Positions 32,101 through 47,413 of a stretch of DNA of 64,000 nucleotides are shown in pieces. Origin of the DNA: Candidatus Heimdallarchaeum endolithica (GTDB taxonomy: Archaea > Asgardarchaeota > Heimdallarchaeia > Heimdallarchaeales > Heimdallarchaeaceae); the NCBI GenBank assembly GCA_021513715.1, contig CP084167.1:2432001-2496000 (forward strand). The letters are read 5' to 3'. Each line of letters starts with the position of its first letter. Positions within the stretch are counted from its first letter, which is position 1. The notes below the pieces were generated by a model. That model was not told where the DNA came from and did no database searches. It saw nothing but the letters and a program-made list of their open reading frames with translations. Made by a program: the position numbers and the translations under genes.

Positions 32101-32916
32101 GAACAGTTGAGAAGAATAGAAAAAATATGGGAAGATTTTGACCAAAGTGAAAAGACAAAAGAATATGTTTCAAAGAACTTTACTAAAAATCTACAATTAA
32201 AAGCGATATCAGAAGATCTAGTGGCTCTAAAAGTAAAAGATGTCAAAAAAATACCTTTTGAGGGTAATGTGTATGACTTTTCAGTAGAATCTGATGAAAA
32301 CTTTATTTGTGGAGATGGAGGAATTTGTTGTCATAATACAGATGCTGATGTTGATGGAGCTCACATTATGACTCTTTTACTTACTTTCTTCTATCGATAT
32401 ATGCGTCCATTAATTGAAATAGGAAAGGTTTATGTGGCTGTTCCTCCCCTATTTAGGGTTTATCTAAATCGAGGAACATCAGAATTGTTAGCAGAGAAGA
32501 AACATCAATATTGTTATACAGAACAAGAGAGAGATGAACTTGTTTCCAAGCTGGTGGAAAACGGAATTGATCCTTCAAGAATAAAAGTTCAAAGATATAA
32601 GGGTCTTGGAGAAATGAATGCTGAACAACTAGAATTTACTGCAATGAAACCTTATCATCGCTATTTAGTTCAATTGAAAATAGAGGATGCTGCTTCAGCA
32701 GACCTGAAATTCGAGCAACTGATGGGAAGCGATGTAACATTTAGGAAAAAGTTCATTATGGAAGAAGTATTCAAACATGACTCTGAATCCTACAAAAAAG
32801 AATATGGGGTTGAGATTCCTGAGGAAGAGGAGGAAGAAGAAATAAAAGAAGCTGAAGAAGAATTAATTGATGTTGAAATATCTGGCGAAGAAGAACCAGA
32901 AGAATTAGAACTATAG
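29116..32916 (+). CDS. gyrB: DNA gyrase subunit B, intein-containing
   Basis: RPAMYIG, EVIDNSVDE, DDGRGIP, SGGLHGVG, FEGQTK, TDADVDG, QRYKGLGEM. Confidence 0.97.
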   Translation: MSKENTGQYSEKNASYGVESIRALEGTEGIRLRPAMYIGSTGVDGLHHLCYEVIDNSVDEYMAGYCKNIQIVLHKGNGISIFDDGRGIPVGPHKKYKQDALEVILTRIHSGGKFDKTAYKVSGGLHGVGLAAVNALSRTFLVKVYRNGKEYTQEYSKGKPVTEIIIKEQAAEPITGTYIYFEADDEIFSTVEFSFDTLSRRIKEMAYLNKNLRFVLIDERGEEVKKVEYLFEGGLRQFVLDLCAGKKSIFEPPDDVFHFEQTIDDIIIEIALQYNAGYNEVIMGFVNGIYTSEGGTHISGFKAGLTRVINDYAKDKNLIPKGDSLRGEDVREGIIAIVSIKHPDPQFEGQTKTKLGNSEVDGVVQRVLREQFYEYLQINTKTAKNIIEKANEAQRARLAARKARELVRLKRKQVSLPGRLIQCRETDPEKRELFLVEGLSAGGTAIKARDSQFQEVLFLRGKVINVLKSRQVKALSNKEIESLILAIGTGIGDDFDLERCRYGKIIILSVARDEPVLLQHDDGTVLFTQIGKFIDKQLDSGDLSNNLSQWKVACFDLITNKVKFAPIKNVIRHKHNEPLYEIITIYNRKVKVTGGHSVYVYDNGQIVLKPANQIKKGDYIVAPKKIPQPQHQIKINLVKALYKQKYKSKIFVKGGNIREIAAKRLLTKIAEKTKDGMNSFQVKLLTEPRIMLSESEWKMLRNIRINKGYSQSFIAHKIGVKQAITVSEYERKISLPIKSVFDKYLEIISFDKKLKTLKYKIPKIDELKQEHSSYNDKYRIVSPFKNLGWFTAEEVELINSSSVIVPRAHHEDAFPTSILLTKELAYFLGWYTAEGSIGSRSQVRLHLGKKDDKYIPYLEKCIKKVFNKTPKIYVDRNNVRNLYIHSTFAKSVIVALELNKKAHEKRVPDIIFSAPGEIQLEFLKGYFLGDGTLTKSSLSCSTTSKDLYHGIRYLLGMHGIFTSSYTYVPNVEKQKQNESKIISKKTQYRLSITGKEQLRRIEKIWEDFDQSEKTKEYVSKNFTKNLQLKAISEDLVALKVKDVKKIPFEGNVYDFSVESDENFICGDGGICCHNTDADVDGAHIMTLLLTFFYRYMRPLIEIGKVYVAVPPLFRVYLNRGTSELLAEKKHQYCYTEQERDELVSKLVENGIDPSRIKVQRYKGLGEMNAEQLEFTAMKPYHRYLVQLKIEDAASADLKFEQLMGSDVTFRKKFIMEEVFKHDSESYKKEYGVEIPEEEEEEEIKEAEEELIDVEISGEEEPEELEL
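30640..32337 (+). mobile_element. Intein (566 aa) with LAGLIDADG endonuclease and inserted XRE-HTH, in GyrB
   Basis: Junctions KIIIL|SVARDEPV...VYDFSV...CCHN|TDADVDG; block B VTGGHS; motifs FLGWYTAEGS and FLKGYFLGDG. Confidence 0.93.
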
Positions 32917-32923
32917 GGTGTAG

Positions 32924-36736
<3,813 letters not shown>

Positions 36737-36784
36737 TTTCGGTCAATCTTTATATATTTTGACCACCTTTTTTATTTGAAATAT

Positions 36785-38659
36785 ATGCTACCAATTTTGA
36801 ATAGTTTGGAAGTAACGGAAGTTATACCTATATCAGAATCAGCAACAAGAAGGTTCCAGTTTTATGCTGGCATAAATGCAATGGTTGCAGAAAATGCAAA
36901 AGGAAAAACTACTTTGTGTGATATTATCGAACGTTCAATTTGTTCAGATGCTCATGCTCAGCGTTATTCTGCATTTGCAAGAAAAAGAAAAACAAAAGAT
37001 GCATACATCAAAAGCTCTTGGTTAATGGATACTGAAGTGCAAATTCATCAAGCTTTAACTGATGCAGGAGTAAAAACGACAGTATCAGATCGTGGAGGAG
37101 GAAAAAAAACACTTCCAAGACAAGAATATTCTAACTTTCTTAGTAGAAAACTTCATTTAACATTGAATGAATTCCAAGAACTTTTTCAGAGTTTATATTA
37201 CAAAAGAGAAGATGATTTTACTCTCCTGGGAAGAACTGAAGAGACAGATCCACAATTATTAGCTTTTTTTAAGTTACTAAACAAGTTTACTTCTGGTTCT
37301 CCTGATGATATTAGGTTAAGACAAGAAATTAACCAGAAAAAAACAGAGAAAAAAGAACTACAAGATAAATTACGTAAAATCGAGGAAGAAGAAAATAAAA
37401 TCAGAACAGTTATGAATACAATAGGTATTTCAGAGGTAAGTGAAGCCATACTTGATGCCAAATATGATGATTTATCACGAAAAATAACAGAAAAAAGGAG
37501 AGAGCTGGAAAATATCGAAAAAGTGAAAAGCCGTATTGAAGAAGAAATAGACAAAGAAACTGATGAGTTGTATAATGTTAAAGATGAGCACTTTCTTAAT
37601 GCAGTAAAAGAGTTAGAAAAAATAAAATCAGAATTGAGTTTAAAGAAAAAAGAAAGGATTCAAGTACAAAGGGAAATAGCTGCTGCATCAAAAGTAGGTA
37701 ACGAAAAATATGGTTATTTGAAAGAAAAAGTGTCCAGAAAGCCTAAATGTGAATTCTGTGGTACAAATTTAGCTGAGGAATGGAATAATAGACTACAGGT
37801 GGGTTGCCCATTATGTGGGACAGAATGGGCAAAGTTGTCAAGAGAATTAAGGGAAGGATTGTTTGCTGAACCAGAAAAACCTGATACTGCAAGTTTAGAA
37901 TTAAAATTAGAAGAAATCGACATTGAGATAAAAAAATTAGAAAGTGAGATCAGAAATAAGGAAGTAGAAGTTAATGAAGTTAAATCAGCAGAAAGAATAA
38001 TTCAAAATAAGATAATAGAGCTGAAAACTAAATTAAAAATGCGAGAAAAAGAAATAAAAAGTTTAACTCAAACTATTCATTCGCTAACAAATCAACAAAT
38101 ATCAATAAAAACAGAAAAAGAATTTTTAACAACTAAAGTTAATCTACAAGAGTTATTAAGAAAAAAATTGGATTTACAGAAAAGAATAGATGAGAAACAA
38201 GATGAACTTGATGAACTACAAAAACTAGAAAACATATCTCATGAACGAAATCAAATACTAGAAAATTTTCAGCAAGCAACATTGGAAATATTTGGGTACG
38301 GTATGTTAGTCAATCCTAAAGAGATGTCAATAACTTTAATGGTTGACCACTCAACAAGAGCTTATGAAAGTTTGTCAGGAGGAGAAAAATACTTTATAGA
38401 TATATGTTTGAGAATAGCAGTATGGAAGTATCTTTTAAAAAATGGATTTACAAGACAAGGAATGTTAATTATTGATTCACCAGAAAATTCACTAGATAAT
38501 GAAAGACTGGGACTGCTAGCTGAGGTTTTAAACTCTGAAAAAGAAAATTTTCTTTTTATCGTTACAACAAGGAATCAAGAGTTCTACGAAAAATTAGATG
38601 CACAAATAATAGATAGTGGAAAATTCGTTCAAACATCCTTGTTTGACTTTATAAAATAA
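36785..38659 (+). CDS. Rad50/SbcC/SMC-like ATPase with central Zn-hook and C-terminal PIP-box-like motif
   Basis: Walker A ENAKGKTT, long coiled coils, CEFC...CPLC, LSGGEK, LIIDSPE, terminal QTSLFDF. Confidence 0.85.
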   Translation: MLPILNSLEVTEVIPISESATRRFQFYAGINAMVAENAKGKTTLCDIIERSICSDAHAQRYSAFARKRKTKDAYIKSSWLMDTEVQIHQALTDAGVKTTVSDRGGGKKTLPRQEYSNFLSRKLHLTLNEFQELFQSLYYKREDDFTLLGRTEETDPQLLAFFKLLNKFTSGSPDDIRLRQEINQKKTEKKELQDKLRKIEEEENKIRTVMNTIGISEVSEAILDAKYDDLSRKITEKRRELENIEKVKSRIEEEIDKETDELYNVKDEHFLNAVKELEKIKSELSLKKKERIQVQREIAAASKVGNEKYGYLKEKVSRKPKCEFCGTNLAEEWNNRLQVGCPLCGTEWAKLSRELREGLFAEPEKPDTASLELKLEEIDIEIKKLESEIRNKEVEVNEVKSAERIIQNKIIELKTKLKMREKEIKSLTQTIHSLTNQQISIKTEKEFLTTKVNLQELLRKKLDLQKRIDEKQDELDELQKLENISHERNQILENFQQATLEIFGYGMLVNPKEMSITLMVDHSTRAYESLSGGEKYFIDICLRIAVWKYLLKNGFTRQGMLIIDSPENSLDNERLGLLAEVLNSEKENFLFIVTTRNQEFYEKLDAQIIDSGKFVQTSLFDFIK

Positions 38660-38664
38660 TATTC

Positions 38665-40781
<2,117 letters not shown>

Positions 40782-40815
40782 ATTCTAAACCTATCAGTAA
40801 GTAAGGGTTATTTCA

Positions 40816-43155
40816 GTGTCGATAGAAACTTGCTTAATAGAAGTGTCCGGGATTGTACAAGGAATCGGTTATAGACCATTTGTTTACAGCCTAGCTACAT
40901 CTATAGGTATTAAGGGTACTGTACAAAATTTAGGTGATGCTGGTGTTAGAATCATAGCAGTGGGAACGAGAGATAAAGTAAATTTGTTTATTGAAAAACT
41001 AAAATCTAACAAACCTAAACTTTGTGTATATGATTCCTTTATAGTTAAATGGAATGTGAAACAGAGTACTCTCCCACAAAAATTCGAAATAATAAAAAGT
41101 TCAAACGAAAAATTGGGTGCTGGGTTCTCTTACTTGCCTCCTGATATTGCAATATGTGATCAATGTGTCAATGAGTTATTGCACTCCAATGATATAAGAA
41201 GAAAAGATTACCCATTTAATTCTTGTGTGGATTGCGGGCCTCGCTTTACTGTGATAGACAAGTTGCCTTATGATAGACCAAATACTGTAATGAGAGATTT
41301 TCCTTTTTGCGATGAGTGCTTAAATGACTATTTATCCCCAGATGATAGAAGATTTCATGCTCAAACAACTTGTTGTCACTACTGTGGTCCAAAATATTTA
41401 TTATACGATAAAAATGGAGATGAACTTCCTTATTCTAGTCACAGTGAAATTGTAAAGTTTGTTGCTCAACAAATAGAAGAAGGGAAAATTGTGGCAATTA
41501 AAGGAATAGGTGGAACACACATTGCTTGTTCAACAAAGAATGATAAGGTCTTACTGCGATTAAGAGAAGTGAAAGGAAAAAGAAAATATAAACCATTTGC
41601 TATAATGGCAAAGGATATTGAAAGTATTCTCTCTTTTGCTCATGTAAATGAAAAAGAAAAAGAGTTGCTTGAGAGTTTTAGGAGACCAATAGTGTTGTTA
41701 GATAAAAGTTCTGATTATGATCTATCAGAGTGGGTTTCTCCCAAACTACATAATATTGGGGTAATGTTACCCTATGCAGGCGTTCACTATATGCTTTTTG
41801 AATATTTAAAAGATTCAACTATTGTTATGACGAGTGCAAATCCTTCTAACTATCCAATGTTTATTGAAAATGATGAAATAATTAGTAAACTTCCTTATGT
41901 TGATTTCTTTCTTCTTCACAATAGAACAATATACCAGCGCTGTGATGACTCTGTTCTAAGAATAAATAATATTGACAATAAATACTCAATCAAATTTTTA
42001 AGAAGATCAAGAGGATGGGTTCCTGAACCATTAATAGCTCATGTAGATATAGGAAATAAAACCTTGCTGGCAGTAGGGGGTGAAATGCATCTCATTCCAT
42101 CTTTAATGAAAGGAAATAGAATTATCCCTACTCAGTATATCGGCACTGTTACATTAATGGAAACTCTTGATTTTATGCTTAATGCAATAAAACATTTTAC
42201 TGATCTTTATCAGGTTAAGATTGATTCAATAGCTTATGATCTTCACCCTCAATATATGACTTCTACAAGTATCAATGAAATAAGTGATTTTTTTGGTGCC
42301 AATAGTTACACTGCGTTTCAACATCATAAAGCACATATTGCCAGTGTGGCATTAGAACACCAAATAGACCCTGAAGAGGAAATTTTGGGTCTAGCGATAG
42401 ATGGAACTGGCTATGGTGATGATAAATCAATTTGGGGTGGTGAAATATTTGGGGGAAAAATATATTCGTTAGAACGTGTAGCTCATAATGAACGTTTTTA
42501 TTTACCTGGGGGAGATCTAGCTGTAAAATATCCGTTACGAACACTGCTCTCATTTTTAGTAAAAAATTATACTGATGATGAAATATTTAACATACTCCCT
42601 CAAATTTCTTTACAACATACTTCTGAAGAATCAATAAGATTCGTTTTAGCTCAATTAAGATCAAAAAAACTTCCTTCAACTTTTATTACTTCAAGCACTG
42701 GACGATTCTTGGATGCTGTTAGTTTTTTTCTAAATCTCTGCGCTGAACAGACGTTTGAGGGCGAACCAGCTATCAAGTTAGAAAGTCATGCTTATAATGT
42801 TAAAGAAAAAGAGCCATGTATTGATTTTCAATGGAAAGGAGATGAATTAAACCTCTCTAATATCTTTCCCCAAATTAACGAATATAAAAAATCTTTTTCT
42901 ACACATGCCATTGCTTCTGCAGTCCAAAAGGCATTAGGAAGGAGTTATGGGCTACGATTAAATGAATATGCAGAAGAAAGAGGCGTTGATAAAGTTTTAA
43001 TTTCTGGTGGAGTATCTTTTAATCAAATTATCACTAAGAATATAGTTGAGGAAATTAATACAAAGCGTATTAGTGTATTCTTTAATGAAAAAGTTTCTCC
43101 TGGGGATGGAGGGATATCAGTTGGACAACTTTACCTTTTGTCTCTAAGATATTAA
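40816..43155 (+). CDS. hypF: Carbamoyltransferase HypF
   Basis: GIVQGIGYRPF, two Zn fingers, RRFHAQ, KGIGG, QHH.AH, DGTGYG, GDGGIS.GQ. Confidence 0.97.
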   Translation: MSIETCLIEVSGIVQGIGYRPFVYSLATSIGIKGTVQNLGDAGVRIIAVGTRDKVNLFIEKLKSNKPKLCVYDSFIVKWNVKQSTLPQKFEIIKSSNEKLGAGFSYLPPDIAICDQCVNELLHSNDIRRKDYPFNSCVDCGPRFTVIDKLPYDRPNTVMRDFPFCDECLNDYLSPDDRRFHAQTTCCHYCGPKYLLYDKNGDELPYSSHSEIVKFVAQQIEEGKIVAIKGIGGTHIACSTKNDKVLLRLREVKGKRKYKPFAIMAKDIESILSFAHVNEKEKELLESFRRPIVLLDKSSDYDLSEWVSPKLHNIGVMLPYAGVHYMLFEYLKDSTIVMTSANPSNYPMFIENDEIISKLPYVDFFLLHNRTIYQRCDDSVLRINNIDNKYSIKFLRRSRGWVPEPLIAHVDIGNKTLLAVGGEMHLIPSLMKGNRIIPTQYIGTVTLMETLDFMLNAIKHFTDLYQVKIDSIAYDLHPQYMTSTSINEISDFFGANSYTAFQHHKAHIASVALEHQIDPEEEILGLAIDGTGYGDDKSIWGGEIFGGKIYSLERVAHNERFYLPGGDLAVKYPLRTLLSFLVKNYTDDEIFNILPQISLQHTSEESIRFVLAQLRSKKLPSTFITSSTGRFLDAVSFFLNLCAEQTFEGEPAIKLESHAYNVKEKEPCIDFQWKGDELNLSNIFPQINEYKKSFSTHAIASAVQKALGRSYGLRLNEYAEERGVDKVLISGGVSFNQIITKNIVEEINTKRISVFFNEKVSPGDGGISVGQLYLLSLRY

Positions 43156-43314
43156 ATATAAATTTGCCTTATTTTTTCTCCAGAATATGGATATTGCATT
43201 ATTTTTAATTTAGAGTTAAGTTTTTTTTTACGTTTTCACTTCAGTGTGCTAGCTTCTCCCACAAGAAAGGTTTTAAACATAAACTTATTGTTCGTTACAT
43301 ATCACACACAAAAA

Positions 43315-43336
43315 GTAACAAATAGTAGTTTGTTAC
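43315..43336. promoter_or_regulatory. Perfect 8-bp inverted repeat GTAACAAA-N6-TTTGTTAC upstream of the hydrogenase membrane operon
   Basis: Lies between a TTTTAAA TATA-like site (about 43271) and the AAGGAGG Shine-Dalgarno of the NuoH-like gene. Confidence 0.4.
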
Positions 43337-43366
43337 AAAAGGAAATAGGATCCTAAGGAGGATTAA

Positions 43367-44374
<1,008 letters not shown>

Positions 44375-44376
44375 GA

Positions 44377-44787
44377 GTGATTGTTATGGAAGAATGGATA
44401 GCTTTACTTTTTGATATAGGTCTTGGAGCTCTGGTTGTATTATTAATTTATGCAATCAGCTGGAAAGTTAGAAAAATCTTGGGTTCTCAACCTGAGAAAC
44501 AGAGTAAGAAGAAAAGGCAACTGTTCCAAAGTGGGGATGCAATAGAAGCAAAACCACGTCGAATGTATATTGACACATATGTCTTTATTGCTTACTTTGT
44601 GTTATTTGATGTTGCTGCTTTTATTCTTGCAACAGTGTTCTTTATCACAAAAGCCAACCCCAATTACACCGATAGTATCACTCTTGCTTTAGTATATTCT
44701 TCAATCGTTCTTGCTACACTATTGTTTGCAATGAAAAAGAGGTATCCTAGAGATGTGATTGACCCTATTAATGGAGGATTGAAATAA
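44377..44787 (+). CDS. NuoA-like membrane subunit
   Basis: 3 TM; K..LFQSG loop and Y.FIAYFVLFDV match the NuoA pattern. Confidence 0.75.
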   Translation: MIVMEEWIALLFDIGLGALVVLLIYAISWKVRKILGSQPEKQSKKKRQLFQSGDAIEAKPRRMYIDTYVFIAYFVLFDVAAFILATVFFITKANPNYTDSITLALVYSSIVLATLLFAMKKRYPRDVIDPINGGLK

Positions 44788-45303
44788 ATGAGTCTAGTAG
44801 TACCTATTGTAATTTTTATGTCATTAGCAATAATATCTGCTATTGTCGCTCTCGAAACCAAACATTTGATGATTTCTATAATCAGTTTAATACTCATGAA
44901 TATCTTTGTTTGGGCAGTTTTCATGTTTTTCCATGCAGATTTACTCGCTTGGATACAACTAATTGTCTATGGTGGTGGGTTAACAGCACTATTCTTAGTT
45001 GTAGTAGTTTTAACTGAAAAACAAACAGATGAGATGTTCGATTGGAAGAAAACAACTTTTGCTGCTTTGTTCTCTGGGTTGATTGTGGGCATCCTAATAG
45101 GTGTTTTTCTTGTTTTTGATGAAACAAAACTCACCTTTACTGGACGCGTAACCTCGCCTGCAGGAGCAATGTCAGAAATGTGGGTCAACCGTCCAACTGA
45201 TTTAATTATTCAAGCATTGCTTTTCTTTGCAACTGCAGTAGCAATTGGAGCTTTATTTGTAAAACATAAAACAGATTCTCGTAAGGAGGAGATAAAATCA
45301 TGA
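44788..45303 (+). CDS. NuoJ-like membrane subunit
   Basis: ADLLAWIQLIVYGGGLTALFL motif. Confidence 0.85.
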   Translation: MSLVVPIVIFMSLAIISAIVALETKHLMISIISLILMNIFVWAVFMFFHADLLAWIQLIVYGGGLTALFLVVVVLTEKQTDEMFDWKKTTFAALFSGLIVGILIGVFLVFDETKLTFTGRVTSPAGAMSEMWVNRPTDLIIQALLFFATAVAIGALFVKHKTDSRKEEIKS

Positions 45304-45614
45304 TGGATCAAATACTTTTACTCATATTCGCTACAATCCTATTCGGTGTTGGATTATATGCGCTATTAGGAAAGAGAAACATCATTAAAATACTGATGGG
45401 AATAGAAATAATGACTGTAGCTGTAAATATAGTCTTTATTGCTTTAGGAACAGATCTAGACAATAGAACCTTCAACCAATTTACAATTGTCTTTCCTCTG
45501 ATATCGTTGGCAGTAGGGGCTGCAGTTATGGCACTTGGTCTAGCCATTGTAATTAATAACTACCGTCACGTGAAAAGCGTAGACGCAGATGAAATGGCTA
45601 CTTTAAAGAGGTGA
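45300..45614 (+). CDS. NuoK/MrpC-like membrane subunit
   Basis: GLYALL.KRNIIKILMGIEIM..AVN...GLAIVI. Confidence 0.9.
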   Translation: MMDQILLLIFATILFGVGLYALLGKRNIIKILMGIEIMTVAVNIVFIALGTDLDNRTFNQFTIVFPLISLAVGAAVMALGLAIVINNYRHVKSVDADEMATLKR

Positions 45615-45619
45615 TATGA

Positions 45620-47413
45620 ATGGAAGCAATTTACTTACTAACAATAATAGCGGTTTTAACTCCTTTATTCGGAGCTTTTGCAAGTTTACTTCTTAAGAAA
45701 TGGCAAATGATAAGAGATGTTTTTGGAGTACTAACTATAGGCATATCAGCAATAATGTCTATTGCTGTATTTATTATGTTTGAGGAGCCAGGAAGTTTGG
45801 ACTTTTGGTGGTTTAATTTCATCTGGCCAAGTAATCTATCTGTAGGTTTTTATTTAGATGGCTTATCAGTAATGATGCTTTTGATTGTTTCTATCCTAAG
45901 CATGCTAATAGCTTTCTTCTCTTTAGAATATATGGGCGGAGACAAATACAAAGATAGATATTGGTTCTTTATGCAATTATTTGTGAGTGGAATGCTACTT
46001 CTAGTAGTAGCTCATGATATGGTACTCCTATTCGCTGGCTGGGAAATTGTAGGATTGTGCTCTTGTTTCCTTATAGCTCATCATTTCATGAAAGAAGGAG
46101 AAGAGGGAAAGAAACCTGCATTAAGTGGTATCAAAGCTCTTATTATGACTGGAATTGGAGATATTGGTCTACTTGTATTCCTTGCTTGGTTATTTTATCA
46201 AACTAATAGTTTACTTATTCCAAGGACTGAAATCAATGGTTCTAATGCTGTAATGAGTATTTTTCTTATCCTTGCACCATTATCTAAATCTGCTCAGTTT
46301 CCACTCCAATCTTGGCTTAGTTCTGGAGATACAATTGATATTGATGCAATGCAAGGTCCAACAACTGTTTCTGCCTTAATCCATGCAGCTACAATGGTTA
46401 AAGCTGGTGTATATCTAGTTGCAAGATTTACTCCTGCATGGAATGAGAAGGTCTTCTATGTCCTTCTAATGGTACTTGCAGGTATTTCTTGTGTTGGTGC
46501 TGCATTTGGTGCCTTAGTAACTACAGACCTAAAGAGAGTGCTCGCATATTCTACAATCTCGCAACTTTCCTATATGTTCCTTGCTTTATCAATGAGAGAG
46601 GGTGAAGTGGGACTCAGTGCTGGAGAACTACATCTATTTTCTCATGCAATATTCAAAGCACTACTGTTCTTATCTGCAGGAGCAATAATTCACTCTGTAG
46701 CTGAGGAGCGGGATATTAAAAAAATGGGTGGATTAAGAACTGAATTACCTTGGATCTATTGGTTTATGCTAATAGGTGTTTTAGGATTAATGGGTATTCC
46801 ATTCATCACAAATGGAGGTTACTCTAAAGAGCTTATTATAGGAACTGCATTGGAAAATGGATATTGGTTCGTGTTTGTAATTACAGTTTTAACTGCACTA
46901 CTAACTGCTTTATACTCTACAAGGATGTTCCTCATGATCTTTCATGGAAAAAACAGAGGTGCTCATGTTCATAAACCAAAGTGGATTATGCGTACTACTC
47001 TTGGAATCCTAGCTTTTCTAGTTGTTTTCACTGGTTTCACAGTTGAAGGAGTATTCAGTGATTTCCTAGAGAACAATGAAAAGAGTTTTGGTAATCCTTT
47101 CCACATTAATGGTGCAGCTTTAGGAAGCGCACTAGGTGCTGTTGTGCTTGGAATTGTAATCGCCTACTTGTTGTACGGAAAAGGACAAACAGAAGTGGCA
47201 ATATTTGAGCAAAATAAGGTATTAAGAGCTTTAAGAACATTCGTTGCTGAAGGCTTTTACATAGATCATCTCTATAACCTTGTTATTGTTAAACCCGCTT
47301 TCTGGATTGGAAAGCAACTTAGTTATCTAAAAACAGGTAAAATTAATTGGAATATGATCTTTGGAAGCCTTGTAAGCATAGGTGTGCTCGTTATAACGGT
47401 GGTGATTGTCTAA
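45620..47413 (+). CDS. NuoL/MrpA-like antiporter-type subunit
   Basis: GWEIVG, KSAQFP..SWL...AMQGPTTVSALIHAATMVKAG, KRVLAYSTISQL, HAIFKALLFL. Confidence 0.93.
   Translation: MEAIYLLTIIAVLTPLFGAFASLLLKKWQMIRDVFGVLTIGISAIMSIAVFIMFEEPGSLDFWWFNFIWPSNLSVGFYLDGLSVMMLLIVSILSMLIAFFSLEYMGGDKYKDRYWFFMQLFVSGMLLLVVAHDMVLLFAGWEIVGLCSCFLIAHHFMKEGEEGKKPALSGIKALIMTGIGDIGLLVFLAWLFYQTNSLLIPRTEINGSNAVMSIFLILAPLSKSAQFPLQSWLSSGDTIDIDAMQGPTTVSALIHAATMVKAGVYLVARFTPAWNEKVFYVLLMVLAGISCVGAAFGALVTTDLKRVLAYSTISQLSYMFLALSMREGEVGLSAGELHLFSHAIFKALLFLSAGAIIHSVAEERDIKKMGGLRTELPWIYWFMLIGVLGLMGIPFITNGGYSKELIIGTALENGYWFVFVITVLTALLTALYSTRMFLMIFHGKNRGAHVHKPKWIMRTTLGILAFLVVFTGFTVEGVFSDFLENNEKSFGNPFHINGAALGSALGAVVLGIVIAYLLYGKGQTEVAIFEQNKVLRALRTFVAEGFYIDHLYNLVIVKPAFWIGKQLSYLKTGKINWNMIFGSLVSIGVLVITVVIV

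Noticed and set aside
43270-43278. GTT-N3-AAC SurR-like site upstream of the hydrogenase operon
   Set aside because: Short, coincides with the TATA-like TTTTAAA, expected by chance in AT-rich DNA, and no SurR gene is seen.
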